DNA of 64,000 nt from Vicugna vicugna (taxonomy: Eukaryota), in contig MU058221.1 of NCBI GenBank assembly GCA_013265495.1, positions 496,001 to 560,000 of the forward strand, read 5' to 3'. The notes beneath the pieces were generated by a model. That model did not search any database. It was given only the letters and a program-made list of their open reading frames with translations, and was not told the origin of the DNA. Positions 49,431-63,748 of this stretch are shown in pieces. Within the stretch, counting starts at the first letter, position 1. The number at the start of each line of letters is the position of its first letter. The position numbers were made by a program, and so were the translations under genes.

Positions 49431-52166
49431 GAAATGACCTATCATGGTAATGCTAGACCATTGTCTCTGCCAATGTGACAATATATCAAGGAATGACCAC
49501 CTTAAGTAACCTTTTGCAACACAGTTGTATGTTTTCGTTTTTGAGAGAGGGGTGTGGCTGAGTGTTCATCGGGAAACTGGCCTTGACCTTCTTCCTTGCT
49601 GGGACACTTCGACTGCCCCGTTCTCCAGCGTGAGGAAAAGGCAGGAAGCAGGGGGAGGAGACGGGTGAATGATGAAACAACGCTTTCCTATGTACTTTTG
49701 TTCTTTGTTGAGTCATCTGTTTTGTGCCTTGATGACAGCCACAAAATATTATTAACTATTTGTGAAAAGCAGGTCAATATATGTTTTATAAGATTTTGGG
49801 ACAATTCAGACAAAGACTAAAAGAGTGAGTTGATATACAAATGATGTTCAGTGAAACTGTGCAAGATTAAGATCACACAAAGTACTAATTTTGCCTCTGC
49901 TACATGAAATGCATAAAACCCTATAGTTTCTCTTGATCTCGTCTCTTCTAAATAACATTTCAGTTTCCTACAATGGGACGTATTTTGAACTACTATCATT
50001 ATCCTGAAATCTGTGCAAATGCCATAGTTTCAGAGACCAGTTTGGGTCAAATTGCAATTACCTTTTTTTTTTAATCTTGGCAAAGCAATCAGCTTTAAGG
50101 CTCTCTAATGCTCCAACACCTCTCAATAAGGAAATTGCTTTCATTTGGAAATTCTCAACTGTGAATTAAAAGCTTTGAAGTACAGAAAAATAAATAGGCC
50201 AACACACATGCAAAATCAGAATCAGAATAGGAGTGTGGATCAAAATGCTTCGTAATATTTTGCAATATAGAAGTTTAAGTAACATAATAGTGATCTTTAT
50301 TCCGTAATAGCTTGAAACAATGAACCATATAGGCCAACGCTGACGGACATGACATTGAGCCCTCGTACAAAGAATCAACTCCAAGTCTTACTGAATTATT
50401 ATTAAAAACAATATTTTGTAGGTGTACCTAAGTATCATTTAGTTGGCAAATTATCCAACTACTTAATTTATATTTTACTGAAATGAAATAACCAATGTTT
50501 TGGTAAACACAGCATACTATACTGTACATATTTATAGAAATAATTCTCACTGATTACCGTTTTATTGTTATTTATATTCTGTAAAGTGGGTTGAGAAATA
50601 AAGATTTTTAAATTGTTTGGTACTTGCAGAAATGCTCTCATCTTTTTAAATCCAAATTGAAATTACTATTACAAAATCCTGACACTTTAAGTTTGGACAC
50701 TAAAAATATATTTTTAATGTGTGAAGTTGTTCCCACAAAGTTCACCTTATATTTGTTGAAAAATAACCATGCTCAGTTTATAAATGTGCTGCCAATGCAG
50801 AACTAAACATTAAACATTTGAAGATATTTACCTCCAACACAGAAATCCCTGGTTAAATATAGAAACTGGAAAAAGAAGGAATTTCTAAAAAAGACTTGCT
50901 TAAAGAGAAAAATCCAATAATTTACACATTTATTTCTCCAAGATTTATACTAGGACCTTATCTAATCTGAGCAAATTTATATAAATTATATATATCTGAT
51001 TTCCAATAATTTTTAGTTCAATAATATACTTTCAAACTTTGCTTAAGACAGTTTAATCTTTGGTAAATTAGCAGATGTGTTAGAATGTGACACAAACTTA
51101 GGATCATCCTAGTGAAGTTACTTTTATTTAGTTTTGTAACTGAACTGTGAGTATAGACGTGGGCAACTGGCCAAATTTATGTCATAACCATAAATATCCT
51201 GGGCTTCTTTTCTGTAGCACATGATTGGTAGCTACAGATCCAATACCCACACGGCAGTTTCTTCTACGCTTGACTTTCTTTACCTTTGTTTCTTTCCAAA
51301 TTCTGTTTATGCACCTTTGGCTTGTTACATCAATCCTCAAAACTTTTTTTTTAAATATTAAATTTGAGAAATAAAACAATCATAGCTCTTAATTGAACTT
51401 GGGTCATCTTTGCAATGACCCCTCCCCTCAGTGAGGTCCTTCCAATGCAGGGGTATAACATTTCTGATTTTCTGAGATTTTTTTCTCCTCAATGTAGCTA
51501 TGTACATTGGAGATAACCATACTATGAAATGCACGTGTAGATGCTGACTCTAAGCCCTGTAAAAGCCTTATGTAGTCTCTGCTATGACTCCATTTTAAAG
51601 GTGATTGAACTAAGTCTTAGAGTGGTGAACAATTTGTGTAAGGAAGCACGTACACTGAGGGGTTGAATGTGATTTTGACATCGCTGCAACTCACTGGCTA
51701 GCTCTTTGAAAGACAATAGCAGAATTAAAATGTCGGAGAGGATAGTTTTATACAAGGCAGTTTGTACGAGGCGACATACATACAAAGATGATAATACAGA
51801 GTCATGTATATGGGGGATAAACGGGCGGTGACACTTAGCGATGTTGCACAGTCTTGTGTGACTGCACCACTTCCACCCCTAGTCCTCCACCACTCAGCTT
51901 TTGTTGGTTACACAACAATATACTGTCTAGATGAATAACTCATATATATAGAGAGAGATAAGTATAAAATATTGAGTATTTTGCTAATAACTAACAAAAG
52001 AGTATTTTTCCTTCTAGGGAGAGGGACTAGATAGAAAGTATTGAACTTGTGAGCTGAAGTCAATTTGACTGTCCTCATTTTTTAACCCGTGAATGTGTTA
52101 CCTCTTTAAATCAAAATAAGTGAAATAAATCTATGAATACATTCATAGTAATATAACTGGAAATTT

Positions 52167-52656
52167 TGCTTAAATGAGTCAAGCTTGGATCTGGGACGTG
52201 GGACCTGGGACCCTTTACGTGAATGCTTGCACCTGGACAAATGTCTCCTTGAGCAACAGAATACAAAGAAACTATAAAGGACTGAAACTCACTGCATATG
52301 TAACCAGTTGGGGCAAATTATGAACAACAAGATACAAAAAGACCAAAAGCCCAACTGCCACTTCTGAGGTGTCTGGAGCAGAAGGACAGCACTGAGCGTG
52401 ATCCCTGCACACAGCACTGCCAAGGGAGTGGGCTGGCCACCTCAGCCACCCTTCTGCCCCACCCGGAACTGCCCCTACCCTCATCCCATTCGAGGGACCA
52501 CCTCACCAGCACTCAGGGAGCAAACAAGGGAACCTGTTGCTTGTTTCCTCTTCCTGTGCTGCAGAACGAGTCCCAGTAAAGCCTGGCCTGAATTTCTCAT
52601 CTGGCTTCTTATCAATTTCTATTGATTAAGGAGCCCAAGAACCCTGGTGGGTAATG
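52167..52656 (+). mobile_element. Solo ERV LTR (cetartiodactyl ERV1-like)
   Basis: Discrete GC-richer block. cccagtaaagcctggcctgaatttctc (poly(A) signal variant) followed by U5-like ttctattgattaaggagcccaagaaccctggtgggtaa. Confidence 0.7.
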
Positions 52657-53632
52657 ATATGAAATAAAATATTGTTACTAGAGTAGGCATAACATCTAAA
52701 AAATGATCAGTATAACAGAGTAAGTCCCAGAAAGCATTGCAGATTAGCTTATGCAATAAATCAAGACATAAATAATTGTTATTCTGCTTGAATATTATCA
52801 AAGCATTTTTTAAAAATCTGTTTCCAATAAAATTTTAAAGGTAATTACGACTTTGAAACCAGAAGTTGATTGAAAACTAGTATATATACATATATATGTA
52901 TAGATACAAACTCACACACATATACACATACCCTTAGATGAATCCCAATCACAGATACAAAGAAAAGATCCAATTTAGAATTCTAACAAGACACATAACC
53001 AATTTATTATTCTGAGAATGCAAAAACACTTTGGTATAAATAGTATTCTATAGATGAAAGAATAAAAACTTCCAGTGTATTATCTTACTCAATGTAAAAA
53101 TGTATTTAAAATTAATTTACCATTCTTGAAAGAACAATTATTACAAAAAGTGGATTAAAATAATTAATATAACAATTATGTATATTACAAGACAGGGGTT
53201 GATATTAAATTAAGTAGCAAAAGCCTAGATGCTTTTTTTTTAAGTCGAGGGTATGATTTTAGCCTTAGTAATCATTACTCTGCAAGTCATGGCCGATGCA
53301 TAATACCACGACAAAGACAAAAATATATATTTTGGAAAAGAGGAACAAATATACATGCTCACACATCCATATGCATATCTGTACCCATCCAGAAAAATAT
53401 GTTATAAAATATGTATTTTAAAAATATTTTAATAATTAATATATTTTATTACATTTGTGTTGCAAATTATGCTTTTTGTTAAAATTATCTTATTTAATAC
53501 AGTGAAAGTATATTATAAATACATGTGCTGTAGCATTTTGGATAAGAGAAATAATTTCAGTCAACAGATATTAGATAAAACTTCCTGGAAGTAGTCAGAA
53601 TTGACCTGGAATTTAAGAATAAGCCCCTATAA

Positions 53633-54313
53633 GGTCAGTCTACCTGGGCAACAGAAACAAAAGCAAAAATAAACAAATGGGGCCTAATTGAACTTATAAG
53701 CATTTGTACAGAAAAGAAAACAATAAACAAAACCAAAGGACAACCTGTGGAATTGGAGGAAATATTTGCAAATGACATGACTGACAAGGGCTTAATTTCC
53801 GGAATATACAAACAGCTCATGTAATTTAATAACAACAACAACAACAACCCAATCCAAAAATGGGCAGGAGACCTGAACAAGCACTTCTCCAGTGAAGACA
53901 TACAAGTAGCCAATAGGCACATGAAAAAATGCCTCGGATCATTAATTACGAGAAATGCAAATCAAACTACAGTGAGGTACCACCTCACACCAGTCAGAAT
54001 GGCCGTCATTAAACAGCCCACAGACCATAAACGCTGGAGAAAAGGGAACCCTCCTACACTGCTGGTGGGAATGTAGTTTGGTGCAGCCATTGTGGAAAAC
54101 AGTACGGAGACTCCTTAAAAAACTAAAAATAGACCTACTATATGATCCAGCAATCCTACTCCTGAGCACACGTCCAGAGGGAACTCTAATTGGAAAATAT
54201 ACATGCACCCCAATGTTCATAGCATATGCAATAGCCAATACATGGGAATAATGTAAATGTCCATTGACAGATGACTAGATAAAGAAGTTGTGAGAGAGAG
54301 ATATATATATATA

Positions 54314-54347
<34 letters not shown>

Positions 54348-54830
54348 AATAATTTATATAATGGAATACTACTCAGCCAAAAAAAGAATAAAATAATGTC
54401 ATTTGCTGCAACATGGATGCTCCTGGAGAATGTCATTCTAAGTGAAGTAAGCCAGAAAGACAAAGAAAAGTACCATATGAGATCACTTATATGTAGAATC
54501 TTAAAAAATGACACAAGTGAAGTTATTTAAAAAATAGAAACAGACTCTCAGACAGAGAAAACAAGCTCATAGTTACCAGAATAGAAGGGATTGGGAAGGG
54601 ATAAATTGTGATTTGCAGATACTAACTACTATATACAAAATAGACAAACAACAAGTTTACACTGTATAGCACAGAGGAATATATTCAATATCTTGTAGTG
54701 ACCTATAATGAAAAAGAATAGGAAAAGGAATATATGAATGTGTATGACTGAAGCATTATGCTGTACATCAGAAATTGACATAACATTGTAAATTGACTAT
54801 ACTGCAATTTTTTAAAAAATGATTACAAAA
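53633..54830 (+). mobile_element. Young lineage-type L1, 5'-truncated, with internal (GA)/(TA)/(TG) expansion at 54291-54348
   Basis: aaaataaacaaatggggcctaattgaact...gaaatgcaaatcaaactacagtgaggtaccacctcacaccagtcagaatggc. Probable TSD aagcccctataa / aaaaccctatga. Confidence 0.95.
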
Positions 54831-56089
54831 AAAACCCTATGAACAAACAAGAATGTTTAATGCTGTGATCACAATAGTAATTCAACTTATCTGGGGGGAG
54901 AGGAGGATAGTGACAGTATAAGCAGTAAGCAATCCAGCTATTTATGGCTTATTACTTTCTCTCTAGTATCTGCTTTCTTGAGTATATATAACTTGAGACA
55001 TTTGAAGGAAATAAATTTATAATAAATTCTAGGTCTACCTTACAGTGTATTTTTACAATATCCAAATTTATAATATCTGAAATTTTCCTCTAATCCTTCT
55101 ATACTATCCTCAGACAAGGGTGCTGAATCTTAACACTTTTTTGCTCTATGTCTGAGTCAAACTCAATAATGCCGCAGGCATTTGTATCACCTGTCATTTA
55201 TTTAAATTATGTGATATATTGAAAACTGAAATAAAACCATGCTTTTCTAATAGTCTGAATAATGCAGGTATAAAAGAGACCTAAAGTTTATGATCTAAAT
55301 TTTCTAACTTAGAATTCTAGAAAAAGAAGAGCAATTTTAAGCTTAAGTCTAGTGGAAGAAAATAAACAATACAAATTAGAACAGAAGTTCATGTGTCGCC
55401 CCTTTAAAACCTGTTTTCATCTCTCCTCTTCCTTTGTAATTAATTTTCTTGGAAAAGTTTCCACTTTCTCATCTGTTACCTCTCTGTTTACTAGAATCTT
55501 GTTCCATCAAATTTGCTCGACAGAGAACAGAATTATTGTGCTTTAAACAGCAATCTAATTACCATTTCCAGTATAATTGGTTTTCAATTATGTAACATTT
55601 TATAGTGTTTGACACTGCTGATAAATCCTCCAAGAGGATCCTTAACAATATTCTCTTCCCGTTTTCCTCCTGCCTCCGGACTGCAGCCCAGCAAGACCCC
55701 GCTGTTGTCAGCGACCATCTGATACCTGCGTGGTGTTTGTAACTGCTTGGCTGTGTGATGGTCTAAGTGGTTTTTCTCATGCTCACGCTGACGTGGGTTA
55801 GGCTGGGGAGGACGGACGCTCGAGTGTTTCTGGCCACAAGACTACTTTCCAAGTTGCCTTCACTGGGGACTTTTTGCATATGGATCCTTAAATATTCCCC
55901 CACATACCTACTCAGCTTCTCAGTTTTTGCTGTAACACATTTTCTTGCAAAATCACATGCATAGTTTTGGCTTTCGCAGCGACCACCCTACCTAGCTGTT
56001 TACCAGATAAACGAGTTTGTAAATGAATTACCTGACTCCTGAGTGTCTATTTCCATCACACAGCATCTGTGAGTCTCCTAACTCACATG

Positions 56090-56830
56090 TTTGACTGTCC
56101 TCTGGATATCGTCACCTATTTTTGCCTAATATGTCTCTCCTCTCAGAATGGGTACCTCTTCTTGCATTTTAACATTTTCTAGAGAGGAACAACCATCTGG
56201 CCAGTCAACCCATTCAGTCACAAGGGACTTATTTCAGACACCTTCCTCCCTCTCGTGCTCTAAACTCAATTAGTCAGAACATTTTCCAGATTTTTTTCTC
56301 CTAAATATTTCTCTGATCTATTCTCTCTAGTTGCACAGCATCTATCAATTTAGATTCTAGTATCATCAGTGTGGAGTCCCACCTGCTTATCCATTCTACA
56401 AAACTCAACTGGTTTCATCTTTCAATGTTTCAGTTTTGATTATGTCACTTCCAACATAAGAGCATTCAGTTTCTCCTCAAAATTTAATCTCTTTAATACT
56501 GTTGGAATGTGGGCATGAGCCCTTTTGGAACTCCTGCCTCCCTCCTTCTTTAATCTTCTCAAATAACCTTTCCATCACTTAACCTTTGTTTCACAACACA
56601 AAATAATTTGCAACTCATCAAACTAGCCACAGTTATAAAAACTTGCTCCTTTGCCTGTGGCAACTCTTAGAATTTCCTTTCTCGTCTGCTACATGCAGAG
56701 TTTTGTCAAATTCCTACTAATTCTTTAAGGCGTACTTTTTACTTCATGTCCCTTGAGAAGCAGGTTTCTCTATTCTTTCAAATAACACTTTGTACATACC
56801 AATATTATAACACTCATTACATCCCACTGC
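56090..56830 (+). mobile_element. L2 relic
   Basis: caccttcctccctctc...ctcctaaatatttctctgatctattctct...tgattatgtcacttcc...ttcctactaattctttaag. Confidence 0.55.
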
Positions 56831-57394
56831 CCCAGATACTGGACTGTACATAAACCTATGTCCTATTTACATGCAGTTCTATACAAATTATATAGCTATG
56901 GGTGTAGTTGTTTATAGTTACAGCTGTTTAACGAATTTGAAGACGAATGTTGACTGAGGACTGTCATGTCGTTGTCATCTATTTAATTTAAAAAGTCAGT
57001 ACAGGATGTTTGAAGGTTAAAGGGGTAAGTAAGCAAAGTAAAAGAACCCAAAGGCCAACGACACCATCCATCCATCTGCCATCCACACTTTGGCACATAT
57101 GCAGCCTTTAATTTATGCAAATCTTACATAAGAAAAAGTGTAACTCACAAGGCATGTGTAAAAACTGTTTCATTCACTAATGATAATCAAATAAATATAA
57201 ATAAAACAGCCCTGGGAACTCTTCAGAAGGAAAATAAAAATCTGGCAATGACTCTAAAATCTAATAACATAGAGTTGTAAACCGTGAATATAAAGACGTA
57301 TGAAGTATACAAAGTCAAACTGAGCTTTCCCACCTGCGTGTTCCCCCTCTCTCTCTCTCTGGTCTCCTCTGCTCTCTGTTTATCAGTCTACTCT

Positions 57395-57424
57395 TGTATG
57401 TGTGTACGTGTGTGTGTGTGTGTA

Positions 57425-57482
<58 letters not shown>
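57395..57482. repeat. (TG)n followed by perfect (TA)24
   Basis: (TA) run at 57435-57482. Confidence 0.95.
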
Positions 57483-57486
<4 letters not shown>

Positions 57487-58552
57487 TCCAAAGGTAATTA
57501 CTCTTCCACAACCAGCCTATCATTTCTCAACAGCTTTCCTTCCATCTTTGGCTCGTTTTGCCTTTAGCTCTCTTGGCTTGGCCCCAGAGGAGAGCAGTGA
57601 GCATCTCTGGCAGAGGGAAAAAGAACAGGTGAAGAGGAGATAAATGATCTGCTCACGGTGCTTGACAACCCCACACAATCAGGTGAGGATCCTCGCCCTG
57701 TGAAACCACCCATCTCAGTTCAGGCTCCTGCTCCGTCACTCGGAGCTCAAAGGCTCCTGCTCAGCAAAGCACTTACAGGAGATCCCGCCACTCATCGACT
57801 TGTGGCTTCTTTCTTTAAGGATCTCACCGTCTTGGGGTTTGGTTGTCAATGCATTAAATCAAATCCTGCTCCTCCTGTCCGTGCCTAGGGAGCTGTCAAT
57901 CATCTTCCAGTCATTTAGCCTTTGCTGATTGCAAAGTAAAGAGACCGCGGCCCTCTGTCCTCCTGGTGGAGTTTCCTCTCATCTGTGTAGTAGGACCCAG
58001 CGATTTCCTACTGTCTCCTTCGCTCTTTAAAGCTGAGGGACTCTGATTTTTTTAGAACTTAGAAACATGTTTAAGGAACAGTCCTTGGTTTTCTTTAACG
58101 ATACCCTTCTTTACATCAGCATTTCACTGAGCGGCTAATTAGCCTCCTGTGGGGACGGGTCAGGTGCTGAAGGAGGAGCAACAAGACCTTGCTTACTACT
58201 GAGTCCTTCTGAGAATTAAGCCTTTTACTGTCTTGAAGAAGTTCTGATATCTTTTCTATCTCATTTTTTTTTCTGTTTCTTCCCTCCCTGTTTCCAGCTG
58301 GTGCCACATATGGAGATGCAAAAATGCCAGAAAAATGACGTTTTTAGTATTTGCCTCCATCCAGAAGCAGATGTCCTAGAATTCCTCCAGAAAACACAGT
58401 TCTAGAAAATTTGTGAGTTAAGTTCTAAACAGAGAGAAAATTTAAGCTATTCAGGTGGACATATGGTAGCTAAAAACCGATTACATGCTGAGCATTTTCC
58501 ATACAGTAACACAAACTGTTAACAGCAATAAAATGCCATAACAATGAAATAA

Positions 58553-58970
58553 TAAAAATACCATATGAGATCGCTCATATGTGGCATCTAAAAAAAAAAG
58601 AAGACAAATGAAGTTAAATATAAAACAGAAACAGACTCATAGACATAGATACAAACTTGTAGTTGCTGGGGGGGGGTGAGGCTGGGAAGGGACAGACTGA
58701 GAGTTTGAGATTTGTAGATGCTGACAGGCATATGTAGAATAGATACACAAGATTATACTGTACAGCACAGGGAGATGTATACAAGATCTTGTGGTGGCTC
58801 ACGATGAAAAAGAATGTGACAATGAATATACGTATGTTCATGTATGACTGAGAAATTGTGCTCTACACTGGAAACTGACACAACATTGTGAACTGACTAT
58901 AGCCCAATAAGATAAACAAACAAACAAACAAATGAATAAATAAATAAACATACATATAAAAGAAAAAAGT
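58553..58970 (+). mobile_element. Young lineage-type L1 3' end with (CAAA)n/(TAAA)n tail
   Basis: aaaataccatatgagatcgctcatatgtgg...gaaactgacacaacattgtgaactgactatagcccaataa. Confidence 0.95.
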
Positions 58971-59009
58971 AAAAATAAAGCCAATAATAATACAATAATG
59001 ATGATGAAA

Positions 59010-59420
59010 ATGGTGGTTGATCATGACGTTTGAGCACTTACTGTTCTCAAACTATGTTATGGACCCTTTGTCAACTTGCTTTTATCTGCACTGTCTTCAT
59101 TAAATCTCACAACATCTGCAAGAGTTGAAACTGCCATCTGTGTATTTTTTAAAAAGATGAAATTGAGGATTATAAAAAATGAATAATTGACCCGAATTCT
59201 CAAATGCGTCTTTCCTGTTCTGCGTCTTCTTCAAAGCATCTCTGTTCTGTTGGGGCTTCTAATAACTTTCATGGAACTTCACACCAGATGATCACACAAC
59301 CCCACTCACTTACTGTACGGAAAGGAAACTGAAACTCTCGGAGTTAAGTGATGTCCCCATAGTCAGTCAGCCAGGGCGTTCAAAACAGTACACTGCACAG
59401 TCTTCCTTCCTGACATCTAA
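59010..59420 (-). mobile_element. Two MIR relics
   Basis: tttgagcacttactg...taaatctcacaac...gatgaaattgagg, and ggaaactgaaactctcggagttaagtgatgtccccatagtca. Confidence 0.6.
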
Positions 59421-60404
59421 GATGGCCCCCAAAATTAGGACTCACATTAGGTAACTGGGAAAACGTGTACAGGGTGCAAGAGGGTATATTTTAAATCCCT
59501 GAGTAGCCGATGTGTACTTCAGCAAACACATCGTGTTCCCTGTTTCGTTCATAGACAGAAGTGATGTATTTCGCAGTGCTCAGTTCTGAAAATCGTTTTC
59601 TTTTCCCAGCACTCAGGACACTGATATTATTGCGAATTAGTGAGAAAATAATTTTTATTCTTTTGAAAATTCCCAAATGCCCCTTGTTGGTTTCTTTCTT
59701 ATTAAAATGATAAGCACGTTGGTCTGAGTCCTCATTCAAGTGAAACATTGATTCATGAGAAGTTACGTAAACTCAGCCGTATTCATGGCATATTATGCAA
59801 ATATTATAAATATTATAGAATAACTGCTATCCTTAGCTCAATAACTTCTGAAGAATAATTGGTTTACATTATGAAGCCTGTAATTTCTCACAAAAGCAAA
59901 ATACCCTGTCGTAGTTTCACACCGTCTTCACGTGTGTTCTGCCAAAAGTCATGCAAAGCCAAACCTCACAGCCTGAAGCTGTGGCAGCGTCACTAGATTT
60001 CTATTTTACAACCGAATATGCTGATTTCATGAAGATGTTTAACAACATATTTTTGCTTATTACGCCCAAAATGTCCCGTTTAGAGGTTGAAAAGTTGGGT
60101 TACAGTTAATGACACGGTTTAAGGAAATAACTGAGACCAGAGCAGAGTGGAGTTCCCACTGAGACGTAAATGAGGCCCACTTAAGTCTCTGGATCATTGA
60201 TTTATTTGCTCTTTATAACCAACCCCTTTATTCAAAGTAGCTCCAAGGCCGATAGGACAGAAAACCTGAGGCTAGTACCAAGGAGCACATGAGGCGGTTA
60301 GGAAACACGACGGTCCAAACATTCCAAGACGTTTGAGCTGGAGGCAGAAGCCGCATCCCTGAGGTGGGGCTGAGGCTGGAGGAGGGGGAGCAGTCTTGGA
60401 AAAC

Positions 60405-60588
60405 TGAGAGCTTCCTCAGCATCTGTGGTCAGGAGCACCTGCGCTGCACACCCCTGTGTGGTTGCTGAAACCATGTGTTTTCAACCAACCCACTCAAATC
60501 AGAACGTCTTGAGATGGAGTCCTGGAATCTGCTCCTCTGATAAGCTCCCCGGCCAGTTCTGAAGGACACTGTCAAGTCTGAGTGCAGA
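60405..60588. mobile_element. MER5-like hAT-Charlie MITE
   Basis: ctcaaatcagaacgtcttgagatggagtcctggaatctgc...taagctccccggccagttctga. Confidence 0.6.
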
Positions 60589-63500
60589 GCCATCACGTTC
60601 GACAACCTCCAGTCCCTAGGGTTGGATGACGGGTATCTGGGGGGAGGAACGCTGTTAATCCCATAAGGAGTCTCAGCGGCGTTTCGTTGGGAAGGCCAGT
60701 CGTGTGGCAGGGGAACTAGGAGAGACTCAGGCAGGTCATTGACATCGGAAGCTGTCTGTCTATCGGAACAGGAGCAAGAGCCGATTTGGGTATATTTCCT
60801 ATCTTATGGAAGAAATAATCATCATCTGTAGCCCCTTATTTGAGGAATATTGATACAAGCCTAGATAGCAGAAAAGGACTAGGAGTCAGCGTGGAGTGAT
60901 GAACACAGGGCCAGAGTTTACCTGTGTTAACTACTTAAATGTGTTTGCATCCAGTCACACAGCTGTGGATTTGTGTTTTTCAAAGTTCCACTGACATAGC
61001 AGAAAAGAACAGAAAATTACCCCTCGCCTGCTCCAGAAATGCATGGATAAAATGGACCGAAAAATCAGCCAGACTTGCACTGCAACGAAAACTTTTTAAT
61101 GGTTCCTTATTTTTCTATAAAAGGAGGACCGATAATCATAGCAGTAGGGTTCTATTTCATCCCACAAACTATGTTGTTTCATTGACCGGCAGGGGAACAG
61201 AGGTCTTTGCTGCGGGGGCCACCATCATTCTTCTTTTAAGGCCTTCACTTAAAATGCAGCCCAGAGCCTGATTGCTCGTCCCGCGCTTTCCCAGAAGTCA
61301 GCCACTCCAGTAGAAACTCAACTATTCTCAGCAGATTTTTTTCCCTAGAAGAGTTTGTCTTAGTGAAAAAGGGGGACCCAATAGCACTGCCGTGAAAACC
61401 CTTGTCAGGTGTGCTCATCCAGCCGAGAGAGGGCTGGGAGAGTGAGAGAAAGCGACCAGGCACGGCACGGGGCTGCCGTCCACCTCGAGCCTCGCAGCAG
61501 ACAGCGTCTCCCTCTCCTTCCAGTGCCTGCAGGCCCCTGATTAATAGCTCCCTGGAGTCCCCTGTCACTCTCCGCCTTCCATATACCGTGGGCAGTTCAC
61601 TCACTCACTCGACACTTTCTTCAGCCTCCTTCTGTGTACCGTGTGGTAGTCCAGCCACATCCATAAGTAAGACTGCTGACGTCTCTACGTTCATGGCATT
61701 CAGAATCCCCAATGGCAAGCTTCGCGTCGGAATTATCATGCCATCTCTCACGAAAAGCATTGCTAGTGAAATCATGAAATAGATGCGATGAGAAGGTTTC
61801 CTAGAGTTAATTCTGTGCTTCCTTTTCTGCATTCTCTTTAAAGGTTAGCTATGCATATTGTGCAAAGATTTTTTTCCTACCAAAATTTGACAAGTTTGTA
61901 CTGTTTTGACTAGGTCAATATGAGAATAGACCGAGGTCAATATGACACTAAAATGATGAAATCAGGTTTTGACACCCAGAGGTGGATGACAAACATATCT
62001 GGTGAGATATAAACTAATTTTACTGCATATAAAGTGGTATATTTGATGGCAGTTAGATGGAAACTGACAACTGACAAATAAAGGGGTTGGAACGTCAGTG
62101 GCATTGAATTAACCATATGGTTTTTATGATCTTAAAATCAAAGGTTACATGAAAGTAGTCATTACAAAGTGTTCCCTGCCACCCTGCAGACAAATATTTC
62201 ACTTTATTGTGTTTGTATAATAGGAGAGAGCTACACATCTCTGGTTCCAATTAGATTAAATTGCTGCATTTTATTGATTTGTAAAAATGTTCTTAAGCAG
62301 AAGAAATATTTTCTCAGATGTTTTTGCTCTCTAGTGCATAATACAGATAATTTGTACCACATTTGACGTGTATGCTCTGCTGAAGACAGACATGCTGTTT
62401 GCTTTCCCATTGTCTGAGGTTTTCAGATCGAACGATGTCTTCACAGGTATTTGGGACTCTCCGCCCAAGAAAATGCCGCCTTTCCTGTGGGACGAGGCGA
62501 CTTGTAGACCAGATCACTTCTAATGAGCTCTAATACAGACTTTCCCAAGTAATGCCCATTTCTGTTCTGTCAGAGCTAATACAACCAGATGACCCATTTA
62601 TGCAATTTTCTACCTTTCTGCAAGATGGATGAGTAAGCTTAATGTATAAAAGATGGCAAAATGGAATCCAGATGTCTGCACAGAACAGAATAACTGGGGT
62701 CGCGGTTCAATTACTAGCACCTGTCAGTCCTTCCCCATCATTCGTCTTTCGTTCTGCTACTGACTCTCACGGTTGAAATTAGATGTCATGGAATAAATGT
62801 GATAGAAAGTTACTTTTCAGCTTTTCTTAAAGAAAGGATCAATGCAACGTGCATTAGGGAAAAAAACCACCAGTGTTGCTGGCCATGTTCATATTTTCAG
62901 GATGGAGGAAAATGTACTCCCCAGAGTGGCACCGTTGAGAACACAGTTTGTAAAGAGAGTAATTTCCAGTTCTTTAGAATAAGGTTTTGCCATCTGTTCA
63001 GAAAAATGCACAGTTTCTAATGCTGAATTATGTGATTATTAATGCATTTGTTCTAATATATCTATTTTTTAATTCTGACACGCCAGATATTAACAATTAT
63101 TTAACAGATCTTTAAATCATATTTTGACATTGTTATTCCTGAGTGTTAAAAAAAAAGATTTTTGAGCTAGAAACATTTATCTTGATAATACTAGAAAGTC
63201 TGAAAATATCAAATGATTGCATTATTAAAATATATGGTGTATTTTATAATATTGACTGAACCCTCACTGTGTCTATAAACGTGTAATAAATAAGAGAGCA
63301 AGGTTACCAATGTGTTACAAATGCGCATGTACTGACAATAAAAGGAAAGTCCAGAAAATGATCCAGGTGATATATCTACAGTTTAGCTTCCAATAAAATT
63401 GGAATTTAAAATGAGTACAAGAATAGATTTTTCAGTAAATTGTGCTAGGATTTAGAAGGAAATTTGGTTATATTTTTGAGAATAAAGTCAAATGAATATT

Positions 63501-63748
63501 ATGCTATACTAATAATACTAATATTAAAATTTTTAATTTTCCAAAAATTTTTCTGGACTATATTCAACAATGTTTGCAAAAGTTCTAAAATTTACAGTTT
63601 TTAATCTTTTAAAACATTTATACTATGTTTTAATCTAAAAACATCATGAGGGTCATGCAGAAAGAGTTATGTACAACAATCATCTTGGCATGTGTTTTTA
63701 AAATATTGTTTCTTTTATTTTCCACATTCCCTAGCACTCAGAACTGTT

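Noticed and set aside
57284..57643. 119-aa ORF with VC/YI repeats
   Set aside because: Microsatellite read-through.
61110..61125. TATA box ctataaaagg
   Set aside because: Isolated motif with no other promoter evidence in an AT-rich background.
61245..61832. Adjacent minus-strand ORFs (75 and 119 aa) and an overlapping 126-aa plus-strand ORF, with a GTGAGT donor near 61610
   Set aside because: No recognisable protein. The putative acceptor near 61802 has a purine-rich upstream tract. Long ORFs are expected in GC-rich patches.
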